Shown here piece after piece: positions 12,927-24,729 of a stretch of DNA of 64,000 bases. The translations under genes were made by a program, and so were the position numbers. The stretch is from Camelus dromedarius (taxonomy: Eukaryota): positions 37,388,001 through 37,452,000 of the forward strand of contig NC_087447.1 of the NCBI RefSeq assembly GCF_036321535.1, in the 5' to 3' direction. A model generated the notes under the pieces. The model was not told where the DNA came from. It saw only the letters and a list, made by a program, of their open reading frames with translations, and searched no databases. The stretch's first letter is position 1, and each line of letters starts with the position of its first letter.

Positions 12927-14169
12927 AGAGGTAATTCTCATCTCGTTACTCATTAGATGAGGGCTGCTGCAGGAGCAGCATTAATTCTCCAGCAATCGGG
13001 CCTGATGTGCACAAGGGCATTGTGGGGCTCCAATCACCAAGGAAAACTCACTCTCAGGCAAAGAGATGCAGATACTGGCGACTGGCTGCCAGACTCTACA
13101 ATGGAAGGTCCAGGGGAATAAGGGAGAAGTAGTGCTACCCCTGCTCACACCGTCCCATCAGAATCCTCTCTGGCATAGGAACAGGAGGACCTTGTCTCTC
13201 TCATCTTTGCCGTTTTATTTCCTTCTTCCGTATCAGGTTTGAGGACCACAGGATCAGTCACTTGTATCAGAGGACGGTTGATAAAAGAGTCTTAAAGGGA
13301 CGGTCATATTGATAACCCAAGAAAAGTCCCTGGCTGGAAGAATGATACCAAGGGTCCCACCTCACTATGTGGATTGCTCTGACCCTGAGATGCCCGGCTG
13401 AGAGGCAGGTAAGGGCTGGGCTCCAAGTGTGCTTTGATGCAGGGCTAGAGCAACCTGGAGGAAGGTGCACATCGTTTTTCTCACAAAAATGCCACCTACT
13501 TATCAAGCACATGTCCAGACAGAGGTGGAGTTCATTGTGATTTGCATAAAATCAGTACAGAATCAGCTGTGGGACTATGCTACCTACATTCCAGAAATGA
13601 AAGGACAAGTTCTTATAGTCTTTGTGTCCAGGAGCAATGAGCTCTTTCCAGTGGGGTCAGTAGAAACCAGGGAATGAAGGCTCCCGAATATTTGCAGAGC
13701 AGTTAAAACATCACAACCATTGCCCAGACTGCAAGGTTTCCTGCAAAATTTTACCTGAAAAAATAAATAGAAAGATAGCAGAGAGTCCCACCAAGATATG
13801 AACCCAAAAGGGCAAGGCAAGTACAATTCAGGTTCAAACCAATAGTATGAACACCTGGATTTTCCAGATCAGGACAAGAGGGGCTCAGGAGATACATTAT
13901 GGGGGATTCTAAAGAGAGTGTCAATTTCTAGAGTGTCAGTGGCTTCAGTTGGGTGCTGTTGAGAATACTGTGCCAGTCTGGGGAAACAAACTTTCTGTGA
14001 TTTTTTTTTCTTCACATGGATTTTGACAAAGGAGAGTAATAATTTGTTGAAGTGGAAAGAGCCCTGAAATAGAAGTCAAGAGACAGGAGTATTCCTAATT
14101 TGGTCTTAAAATATTCATAACTTATGAACTAATGATTTCACAACTGGGGACCAGTGCTGGAGAAAGAAT

Positions 14170-14510
14170 CTAAAATGCAGTCCTGGATTTATGCACAAAA
14201 ATGTTTATTGCAGCATTATGTGTAATAAAAATTCCGGAAATAGTGAAATAGCTGGTGGTTAAGGTATGGTTAATTAATGCAATTAATGTTTGAAAAGAAC
14301 TTTTAATAACACAGAAGAGTAATGGTAAGTGAGCAAAGCAGAATACAAGTACAGTATATAAAACGGGGAGGTGGAGAGGAGTGGAAAAGACTGAGCGGAA
14401 ATGTGACAAAACATTAGTATTTTTTTGTCTCTAGGTAGTGGGATTATGAATGATTTATTTTTCCATTTCTTACAATTTTTTTTATGTTTCCAATTTTTCT
14501 GCAAATTAAG
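14170..14510 (+). mobile_element. L1ME-type 3' end fragment
   Basis: ATGCACAAAAATGTTTATTGCAGCATT; AAGTGAGCAAAGCAGAATACA; TCTCTAGGTAGTGGGATTATGAATGATTT. Confidence 0.7.
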
Positions 14511-15004
14511 CCTCTTACTCACCCAGAAAAAAATTAGTGAAAGAAAAATAGTACTATTCTAGCTGTGAAATGCCAGTCCTAAGCTCTGATACTTGTGGAA
14601 GCTTCTGAGCCTTTGCAGAAATGACCAGGTTATGTGTGAGCCTGTACTGTGATACGCAGTGTAGGGCCTTAAAGGGGAGACTAGTGTTTCATCCACGTGA
14701 GAGCAGTGCCAAAGGCACTGAGAAAGAAAGAGCCTTAGTGTTCGCATACGTGGATATGGGTATGATGTCTAGAAGTGAACCATGAGAGTCTACTGAGCTC
14801 ATATGGGGCATTCCTTCTGAATTCAAACAGCTTTGAGAGAGTTGTAAAAATTGAGTTTTAGCATCTCTAAGGTGGGAAGACCTCTCATCAGATCACAATA
14901 AACTTACCTAAGCTTCACTTCTTATGGAGGGCCTCTCTGGGATACCACCTTGTGTCTGTTCTAAGGCTTCTCTATTTTAGCTCACTACAGTTACAATGTT
15001 GACA

Positions 15005-15310
15005 TCTTAGTTGGGTTTTGAAGTATGAATAAGAGTTCCCATGTTCAACAGAGAAGCAGTGGAGAGCAAGCATTTCAGGCAGAAGACTGCACGTGCAGAG
15101 ACAAGAGGATGTATGAAAATGACATTGGGGGAGCAGTAAGGAGATTCATGTGGCTGTGTAGGATATGCAGTTTGAGGAATGGAATGGGGGTTACAAAAGA
15201 TGAGGATGAGTAAGTAGTTGGGGAACAGCTGAGAGAGGATTTCCACTCAGAAGTTTGGTGTTAACCTCAAGGTGAATGAGGAACTTGGACATCTTTTAGC
15301 CAAAGAGTGT
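15005..15310 (-). mobile_element. L2 fragment
   Basis: GGGTTTTGAAGTATGAATAAGAGTT..GCATTTCAGGCAGAAG..TGCA..TGCAGAGAC pattern of reverse L2. Confidence 0.65.
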
Positions 15311-17179
15311 CACTAGTAGTTGTTTCCAACATTGGTCATTGATATTGTCATCATGAATTTTTATGATATTTGCATTCCATGTTTCACTTAATGTCCTTTT
15401 GTTTTATTAACATGGGCTCACTCTTTACTTCAGCCTCATTCTAAATGATATCTATAGTATCACAGGCTTGATGCACTAGTTATATTTTTATTATATTTAA
15501 TATAGCAATATATCTATTAAAATAAAAATGATTTGCCCATGTATCACCTTAAATCACTTTGCAAACACATATCACACTTAGGAAATGCTGTTATTGTTCA
15601 TTCAATTGACAACAATTTTGAGTATCTACTACATGCCAAGAGATGAGAATATATAACATAAAAGACAATGAAGGTGATGCTTATAGCCTCATGCAATTAT
15701 GATACAGTTAGATAAATGTATTGCTAAAAGAGCTATATTTTTTTAAAGATCCTTGTAGAAATACAATGCAAAATGGTTTATAGTAAAACTATAAATGGAA
15801 AGACTTGTCAGAAGGCTCTTGCAGTGACCTAGGTCAAAATATGACGGAGCTTTGATCAAAGACGCTGGCAGAGGAAAATGAAAGAGGAGACCCATGTGGA
15901 ATATTTTATGCACTAGAAATAGACAGATCCTGATGGCCAGTTTGTTGTGTGCTCTCTCTGGAGGGAGAGCAAGGAGAAAGGCGTCAAGGCTTCAAGGGTG
16001 TAGTTCACGTGTTCTTTTTTCTCTCTGACGCCCCACTTCCCCTAAGGGAGATCGCCGAGCTCACTATCTTCCTGCACTGCGAGGGCTGAAAAGATAGCAG
16101 CTGCATCTCTGACCACCTTGCAGTCAAGGTTTCACCTGTGCCTAAGGTTCCAGCAGTGAAATGCCCTCTTGGGAGACTAGAATTTGGAAATGAGTTAACT
16201 AGGGGGAAGGCATGGCAGAGAAGCTTTTTTTTTTTTTTTTTTTCTTTTTCTGGAGTGGACCTAGAAGCCACAGCCTGGCTTTGGAGCCAACACTTCTGGC
16301 CAAGGCTCATGACTCACAAATCACTGCTGTGTGGGTGTGATCCTAGGACTGGCAGCTGGCCCAGCAGTTTCCTGATTTCCCTTCTTGCCAAACGATGCAG
16401 CAGAAGTGGAAGCTCTCTCAATGGCTCAGTTAGGTACTGCCATTCCAGAATCATCTCCGGAGACCTAGCCTAGAGCCTGCTCTTTGAGACTTCCCAGTGA
16501 CTTTGCAAACACCTAATTCCTTGCATTGCATCTCCCTTTTCTTAAAATAGCTGAAATGATTTCTGTTTTTCTACACCTGCCCCCCGACCAGTATCACCAC
16601 TCAAACTTACATTTAGTCAAAGACTGTCTTACACAACACAATAAATATGTAAGTGTGCTCACACATTGCATGCATGTGCATTTGCATGTGTTTGCATGCA
16701 TGCGAATCCTTTATACCTAATACAACTGTAAGGTTTTTGGGACTTGCCTGTCCTAGTCTTCTCCTCCATCACATTTACAATGCTCCGTATGTGGCAACTA
16801 TCATTAAGTTTATTTTGAAGAAAGTGCTACTTGTCTTCTCAATTCTGATTCCAAAAATAAATCACGATCACACAGAAGAGAATAAAAAATGCACTGCTGA
16901 GTCAGAGGGAAAAAGACCCAGGACCACTGGCTGGAAAATGATGCTCACATCTGTGGGTGTAATCTTAGTCATAGAGGAAGATGTTTAAGCATCATGGTGA
17001 CATTAGATTTCACTGTAGTGGGGATGGGGTAGGACACGTGACAGGCTTCAGGGCCCTGTGCAGTCTGCTACTTGTGTCTTGCTGGAGGGAGGAAAAGGGG
17101 ACTTCTGTGACTTACTTCAGAGGGTGGACACCTCAGCACAGGGAAGGGGAGAGCATCTCTACTTAGCCTGTAACTGCTT

Positions 17180-17345
17180 AAGGTAGTGGCTCTGGACTCT
17201 GGTTGCCCATTAGAATTCCCTGCTGGAGCTGATGAGCTGCCCGGCCCCCAGAGATTCTGATTAATTCATCAGAGAGAGGCCTAGGAACCACTATCTTTTA
17301 AGAGCCCCCAATAAGTCTAATGTAGCAGGGTTGGGAAGCATTGCC
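17180..17345. mobile_element. MER5-family hAT-Charlie MITE (degraded)
   Basis: CCCATTAGAATT..CCCAGAGATTCTGATTAATT..TTTAAGAGCCCCCA..TCTAATGTAGCAGGGTTGGGAAGCA. Confidence 0.65.
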
Positions 17346-17399
17346 CTTGTGTCTAAACGCTTTGCCGTGTAGGCAGCCATGGTGTTTTCTTCTCATTTC

Positions 17400-18600
17400 T
17401 TACATTTCTACTGTATTGATTGTTAGGTCTTCCTTTTCATTCATAGCATTTAACATTTATGCTTCTCTTCCTCGTTATTTTCCTTGTCAGGAAAGTTTTC
17501 AGTGTATTCATGTTTTGGCTTTGTTTAGCCTGTAATTTAGCTGCGCCCCACAACTTTTGACACATGTAGCTTATTTAGCAACACTTAGGTCTAAATATTT
17601 TAAAATTCTGATTATGATTTATTTTATGACCCATGAGTTATGTTTTAAATGTGTGTATGTGTTTATTTAATGTCTGTTCTCAATTGATTTATAATTTTAT
17701 TGAGGTCAGAGTACATGATAGACATGACACTGATGTCTCAGAATGTGCTTTGAGATCTGTTTCGTGGACCAGTAGATGCCCAACCTTTATAAACGTTTCA
17801 TTTGCGCCTGAAAGGAATTTTTTACTATACTCGTTTCTTAAAGTGTGGTCCTCAGACCAGTAGCATCAGCACTACCTGGAGGTTTTTAAAAATGTAAATT
17901 CTCAGGCCCCACCCCAGACCTACAAAATCAGAAGCTCTAGGGATGGGGTCCAGCCCTCTGTTTTAACAAACTCTTCAGGTGATTTTGATGTTATTCAAGT
18001 TTGAAAACCACTGCTCAAATAGTTCAATTTAGGGTTCTGCATAAGAGTTCGATGTAGCTTGTAGGTCGTGTTGTTCAAGCCTTAGAATTTTTGGTTGCTT
18101 GATCTGTCAATACCTGAGAGAGGTGAATTAACACTTCTCATTGCATTTATGGATTTATCGATTTATTTTCATAAAATTTTCAATTACACTATGATTTATT
18201 TTGAAGTTACGTTGTTAAGAGTATCTGAGTTTAAAATATTTATATTTTACTGATTTTTTTCTTTTATCATTATACAGTCACCCTCTTTCTAATATTGGTT
18301 TTTGTATTAAGGTTTAATTTGTCCTTTAGTAACACAACTAAAATAGTTTCATTTGTTGACATTTGCCTGATATATTTCTCTTTTCCTTTCTTTTTCAACT
18401 TTCAATATTTAAATTTATTTTTTACTCTATTATGTTATTTTTATTTATCAGTATCTTTATTGTTTAGTTTTAGTTTTTTATTCTTGCTTTCTATTCATAT
18501 TATCAAGTTTTCTTTATTTATTTTGGTTTTTAAGTTATGCATTCTATTTGAATTTTAGTGGTTACCTACACATTTTGATATGCACTCAGTTTAAAAGTTT
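17400..18600 (-). mobile_element. Old L1 fragment (ORF2 5'/endonuclease region), interrupted by MER5A
   Basis: T-rich strand; reverse-complement ORF2 remnants (TTTGAGATCTGTTTCGTGGACCAG..; TTGCTTGATCTGTCAATACCTGAGAGAGGTG). Confidence 0.7.
17830..18014. mobile_element. MER5A hAT-Charlie MITE
   Basis: TTCTTAAAGTGTGGTCCTCAGACCAGTAGCATCAGCA..AAATTCTCAGGCCCCACCCCAGACCTAC..GGTGATTTTGATG..AAGTTTGAAAACCACTG. Confidence 0.9.
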
Positions 18601-18619
18601 AAAATTAAGCAATACGTCT

Positions 18620-20110
18620 GTAGAATACACACTATTTTCATGTGCATGTCAAATGTTCACCAAGATAGACCATATGTTTTCATCAAAAGATTAAATAAAC
18701 TCTTATAGAGTATATTATCTGACTGCAAGTCTTTTCATCAGAAAAATATATCAAAAGATATATTTTTTAAAAATCCCCCAATAGTTGAAATTTAAATAAC
18801 ACACTTATAAATAACACATGGGTCAAAGAAGAAATTAAAAAGGAATCAAAAATTACTTTGCATTAAATAATGATGAAAATAAAACTTACAGAAGGGAATC
18901 AGAACAGTCATAGAGATTAATGTATGTATTTAAAATGTCTATATTAGAAAAGAAGAAGGCTTGAAATCAGTGAACTAAATTTTTTATTTAAGAAACAAGG
19001 AACAAAAAGCAATAAAATTAAATCTGATGATAAAAAAATTACAGATACAAGTAGAAATAAATGATAGGGAAAAAACGAGACTATTACCATAACTGAAATT
19101 TGTTTCCAAGAAAATATTACTAATATTAACAAATTCCTTAAAAAATTAATAAGAAAAAATAGAGAAAACTCAAATTAACAATATCATGGATTCAAGAGTA
19201 GATATTGTTGAAGATAAGACAGACATTAAAATAATAGTAAGAGAATACTATAAACATCTTCTTGAAAATACATTCAGCAACATAGAAGAAAATGACTAAT
19301 ATTTTAGAAAGCACAAACTACCAAAATTGCCATAAGAAATAAACACAGAAAAATTGAACAGCCTGTATCTTTTAAAGAACTTAACTTTATAATCAGAACT
19401 TACTCAAAGCCAGACCCAGATGGTTTCACTAGTGAATTTAATGAAACTTAAATGAGAAATAGTAGCAATCTAACCAAACTCATTCAGCAAATGAAAAAGA
19501 GAATCTTTTCAAAATGAATTTGTGAGGTCAACATAATTGCAGATATCATGACAAAGGTATTACAAGAAAAGAAAGCTGGAGAAATAATCACACATACAAG
19601 CACTAAGGCCATTATATGAATGTTCACAACATCATTGCTTGGTAATTGGAAAAATTAGAAACAATCTACATGTGCATCAAAAAGAGGAATGAAGGCATGA
19701 AGGAAAATTTGAAGGTACATAGATACCATGCAGCAATTAAAATAAACATGTATGATAATGGAGAGGTCTTTAAAAAACACTGTGGGGTGAAAAAAGTAAA
19801 TTGCTATAAACATCGTGAGTATATTCATAAACCTTAAAAGCATGCACAAAATAATGCTATAGAGTTCTATGGATGCACATAAAAATGCGCAAGTTCATAT
19901 TTTAAAAGACTGGGAAGGGAACATTAAAAGCATAATAGTGAGTCCATACACAGAGAAGGAGTAAAGATCAGATTAGAGATGGAAATCAAAGGGGTCTAGC
20001 AGTAAAAAGGTCAAAATGTTAACACTTTCAATTGTTGATGGTAGAAATATGTGGAATTTTTAAATTTTTGTATTTTATAGTGTTGTTGACATTTAAAAAA
20101 TGTTTTAAAT
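18620..20110 (+). mobile_element. Old L1 ORF2 5' region followed by an L1ME-type 3' end
   Basis: CACCAAGATAGACCATATG; ATGGGTCAAAGAAGAAAT; CCAGACCCAGATGGTTTCACTAGTGAATT; later 3'UTR motifs (ATACCATGCAGCAATTAAAA). Confidence 0.8.
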
Positions 20111-21109
20111 CTAAAATGCTAAGAGGTCTGCGTTCAGAGCTCATCTCTGTCGTTAACCTGAACAAGTAACTTCCTCTGTTCACTCAAATATGTTTTGAAT
20201 GATGGAATGAACTTTAATCTGTACTCTAAAGTTGATGTTACTTTAATTCTATGGGCCTGGGGAAAATCCTTCATTTTTCCTTAGCTAATAAGAAAAGCCT
20301 CCTAATTAACCCAAGGAGTCAGGTCATCTTTCAGTGACAAAGGTGGAAAGTTCCTTTTTCCACCATTTTCATCATCACAAGTCTATACACTTGTTGTCTG
20401 ATAACTGGCCTAACTGCCCCCAATTTTCCTTCAGAACAAATCTTTCTGCCAGCATCCAGCATCCCAGAGAAGGGTTACAAATAGAAATAGGAAAGTCCAA
20501 AGTGAATTAAAATACCAGGTTGTTGACAGGAGAGAAAAAAAATAGCCCCCGCTAATAACCTGATTTGACATCTGATTTATGTGGTCCTAAAAGGACAGTC
20601 ATAAAAAATGTGTAAGTGAAGGAATAACACCAAGTGATTTACAAAGGCCCTGGGAGTGTGGGCGACAGGATGCAGTGAAAGGGAGAGTAATAAATCTGGC
20701 CGGGGAAGCCAAGTTGATCCCTTCACCTCCAAAGCCCGAGCACCAGGGATTCTCTGCTTGTAGCGCGTTTCATTCAGCCTTTCATTCAGCAAACATTTCC
20801 TGAGTCTCTTGGCCATGGACAGCATCAGGCAAGGCAAGATGTATTGGTGTGAATATGATGGGAATAGGTCATACAGAGACGGTACAGAGTGTGATCTAAA
20901 GTGTTGATGAACTCAATGGACAATAAACTAAATGGCTAAGCCAGGGAAATTTCCATGTATAAGTGGAAGCAACTAAAGAAATTTAATTTTAAGAAGCAAA
21001 AATTCCAGGAAAAAAAATGGCTGCTGTTTTCAAATATCTCAAAAGCTTCACTGAGAAAAGGGAGAAAGTCTCCAGATGATATGGAGACCAATAAATTAAA
21101 GAATAGAAA

Positions 21110-21650
21110 ATTCCATCCACCAACATTTATTGAAAATTTTTCCGTGTGCCAAGTGCCACTCTAGTAGCTAAGCATCCAGCAACGATACAAAACACTGGCA
21201 AGGTCCTATAGCCACTGGATGTTACATTTTAGTGGAAGGAAGAACTATTACATGCTAAACAAGCAAATAAACAAACATGTTATTTCAGACATTGGTAAGT
21301 CTTATAATTACAAGTGTGGTCAAGGGCAGGAGGGAGAGGGAAATTTATTTAGGGAAGGTGATTCGTAAGTCTTTATGAGAAAGGGACATTTGATCTGATA
21401 TCTGAGCAACAAGAAGTCTCTAACCTTATGATGATCCAGGGAAGAGAGATCCAGAGAGAAAGAGCAGCAAGTGCAAAGGTGCTAAGACAGGAACAAGCCC
21501 AGAATGTCAGTTTTCAAAGGAACAGAAAAGCCTACAGAAGGTAGTGAGTTAGGAGAGTGGAGAGAGGAGACTGAAGACATAGGCAGAGACAAGAACATGG
21601 GCCTTTTAGGCCATGGGAAGGAGTCTGTATTTCACACCAGAGGCAGTGGG
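21110..21650 (-). mobile_element. L2 3' fragment
   Basis: CAACATTTATTGA..GTGTGCCAAGTGC; GGGACATTTGATCTGA; GAGCAGCAAGTGCAAAGG; GGCCTTTTAGGCCATGGGAAGGAG. Confidence 0.8.
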
Positions 21651-21759
21651 ATCAACGCAGGCTGAGCTCACACTTTGGTGCTCTGTGCCACATCCCCTGA
21701 GCCCACATCTGGTTTCAGAGGCCGCTGGATGGGCAATTACCACACACACTCTCAATAGC

Positions 21760-22430
21760 CCAACTCAAGAATGACCTGGAGAAAGTACACTACCAGATAT
21801 CAAGACTTATTATAAAACTGCAATGGTAAATGTAGTATGAGATTAGCCCAAAGACAGACAAGGAAACCCATGGAACAGAAGAAACAGTCTACACTCAGAC
21901 CTACACACATAGGGCCACTTGATTTAGAACAATGGCACTGCAGTACAGAGGGGGAAGGATGGGGTTCCAGAAAGCATAGATCTACATTTGAAAAGCAAAA
22001 CAATAAAGCTTCAAGGAGATATATAGAATATCTTCATGACCTTGGGTAGGCGAAAAAAAGTTATTTTAGTAGGACACATAAAGCACAAACCATGAAGAAG
22101 ATTGGTATATCGGAACAACTTTAAATTATGAATTCATCAAAGATACATGGAAAGGTGAGGAAAGGTAAGCCACGGAGTAGAAGATTTTTACAATATATAT
22201 TTGACAGAAGATTCATATCTAGAATATGCAATGAATTTGTACAAAACAGGAAGTAAATGATAATCCAATAGAAAATAGACAAAAAGGCTTAAAGAGGCAC
22301 TTCACAAAAGAGGGTGCCCAAATGTCCAAAAGAAAAGCTCAACATCATTTCTTGCTATAGAGATGCAAATTGAGACCATAATGAGATATCACGACATACA
22401 TACCCACCAAGATGGCTAAAACTAGAGAAA
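21760..22430 (+). mobile_element. L1 ORF2 3' fragment with internal deletions
   Basis: CACTACCAGATATCAAGACTTATTATAAA; TCTTCATGACCTTGGGTAGGC; GAGATGCAAATTGAGACCATAATGAGATA. Confidence 0.8.
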
Positions 22431-23014
22431 CTTATCACAAAGAGAGGGAGGGGGAGAGAGAGAGAGAAGATGGGGAGGGAGGAATTTTTTTAAAGATAGG
22501 AAAAAAAACCCTCTTGATTCCAGTGTCCTCTTCTACCATCACTGCAGGTATCAGGGGATGAACATAACAGGCAGAGATGTACAAAGGCAGCAAAGGCAGC
22601 AAGGGAGAAAGAAGTAGGTGATGAGACTGGAGGGAGCAGAGCATGCCAGGTTCTGAATGTTTACCTGAGAAAATCTTTTGTAGAGTTTTGAGCAGAGGAC
22701 AGAGGTGACACAATCTTTAAAGATTTACTTTAAAACTCTCCTTTACTCTTACTTCTCTCACAGTCTCCTTTGTGCCTTGTTTATTCAACCTTTAATTCTT
22801 TTTCCACTCATAACAAAATGACTGGGCAGCTACCATGTATCATGCCCCCTAGCCCACAGCCCGACAGGAGATGGCACGTGCTCACCGTGCCTTTATCACT
22901 GGAGCACCGCAGGGCTCAAGTCTCTACCGGCCTCTTTTCTCACTCTTCACACTCTCCCCATGATCCCATTCATACCTTTGCAGCGACTCCCGCCCATGAC
23001 CTACGTGCTGACTG

Positions 23015-23127
23015 TAGGGTGACTAACCAGCACAGTTTGTCCAGGATTCAGGGGTTTCACAGGACATGGGACTCAGTGCTAAAATCAGGAGAAGTCCTAA
23101 GCAAACTGGGAGGAGTGGGTCACCCAA
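23015..23127. mobile_element. MER81 (hAT-Blackjack) MITE
   Basis: About 113 bp bounded by inverted termini TAGGGTGACTAAC...GTGGGTCACCCAA; internal CAGTGCTAAAATCAGG matches recalled MER81. Confidence 0.85.
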
Positions 23128-23424
23128 GGCTGAGAATCCCCATGTATGGATCACTTTACAAGCCCATGTGTTCCTCTGGCTACTAGACACCCCTTTTGAT
23201 ATTTTAAGGTTATCTTAAATTCTGCCATCCAATTTTGAATCCCTGATCTCTCCCAATACCCTCCTCCTCCAACTTCCCAATCTCAGTGAGCGGCACTCCA
23301 GCCACCCTACTTTCTAAGCTGGAAACCTGGGAGTCCCCCTCAGCACGGTCCCTTTTCTCACTGTCACAGTCAACCAAATCACTCACAGTATGGATATTTC
23401 TGACCCTGTAACAATACATCTGCT

Positions 23425-24118
23425 CTTGAGAAGTGCATATTCCAGTTGAGGAAAATAGACAATATACAAATAAATACAAAGCTATCCAACCTGTCAGTGC
23501 TCAGAAGGAAGATGAAGCAGGGTGAGAGGACAGAGAGGGGCAGGGGAGCAGTTCTAGGATGGTCAGGGAGGATATCTCTTAAGCTGAGACATTTGGGTAG
23601 AACCCACATAGTATATGAGAGCAGGCCATGCCAAGATTTAGTGGAAAGAAAACAGCAAGTACAAAGGCCCTGAGGATGGTGGGGGAGTGACAAGGAGGTC
23701 AATGTAGCTGGACTAGAAAAAGCAAAACAGACAGTGGTAAGAGATTTGGGAATTAACAAGGCCAAATCTTTGGGAGCCATTGTTAGAATGTCATCTTTCA
23801 CTCAGTCGGAGTGAAATAGGAAATTGCTGGGAGAGTTTTGAAAGGAATGACCTAGTCTGGTTTATGTTTTAACAGGAGCGTTCTGTGAAGCGGAGCAAAA
23901 GCAAATACAGAAAGAGTAGCTAGGAGGCTGCAGTAATGACATCATCACGTCATAATCTATTGCAGACAAGGAATGGTGGGGACTCAGACTCGGCTGAAAG
24001 TGGAGGGATGGTAAGAAGTGACTGGACTGGCCGTATTTCACAGGTGCAGCAGATGGACTGCGAATGGATTTGATGTTGGGTGCGTGAGAAAGAGAAGAGT
24101 GAAAGATACCTCCAACGT
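23425..24118 (-). mobile_element. L2 fragment in opposite orientation, nested inside the + strand L2
   Basis: GGATGGTCAGGGAGG..AAGCTGAGAC; CAGCAAGTACAAAGGCCCTGAGG; GCTAGGAGGCTGCAGTAAT; GAATGGATTTGATGTTGGG..GAAAGATACCTCCAA. Confidence 0.8.
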
Positions 24119-24170
24119 TGTCTTAAATCGATCCACCTCTTACAGCTTCCATTGACACTGGCCTGATCCA

Positions 24171-24729
24171 GATGATCAGGCAGACCTCAGCTGCCTTGTT
24201 TACCGAGCTGATACCCAGACATACCAGCCTCATAACAAAGACTGGATTAAAGAGAAGATCTACGTGCTCCTTCGTCGGCAGGCCCAGCAGGCCGGGAAAT
24301 AGTTGAGTTTGAAAGCATTAGGGGGACAGGGTGGGCTTGGAACACAGGTGTGTACAGCGTGCTGTGGTGAAAGTTTTGTATTTTACTGTAAATCCTGTTT
24401 CCATTTTGGTACATTCTGGCTAGGATTGAATGTAGTAGAAGAAATGTGAGGATCTTGTTCAATCTGAAACCTCCATTGCCCTCCCTGCCTTATTTTTTTT
24501 TTTTTTTTTTTTTGCTTAAACATTTTTATGGTGGTTTAGATGGAAGTTGGTTTTTGTCAGTTATTGTTGGTTCCAGTCCTTCAAACTGTTCATACCTGCT
24601 TTATAACATTCACTGTACTAACCCATTTCAAATTGGGGTGGGGGGTGTGACACAGTTTAGTTGTGTCCTCAAGATAAGTCTTAGTGAAAAACAAATAAAT
24701 GTTCTTTAGTTAAAAAAAAAAAAAAAAAA
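24171..24729 (+). pseudogene. ERH: 5'-truncated processed pseudogene of ERH (enhancer of rudimentary homolog)
   Basis: 24171-24302 translates [43 protein letters not shown], matching mammalian ERH residues 62-104 as I recall them except L64Q and Y82H. Then about 410 bp of 3'UTR-like sequence, AATAAA at 24694-24699 and A18 at 24712-24729. No start codon, and an in-frame TGA lies upstream at 24153. Confidence 0.95.

Noticed and set aside
20805..20826. REST/NRSE-like CCATGGACAGC
   Set aside because: Only the right half-site is present; TCAGCAC is missing.
24172..24306. 44-codon ATG-initiated ORF in the +1 frame of the ERH retrocopy
   Set aside because: Out of frame with ERH, short, and no promoter evidence.
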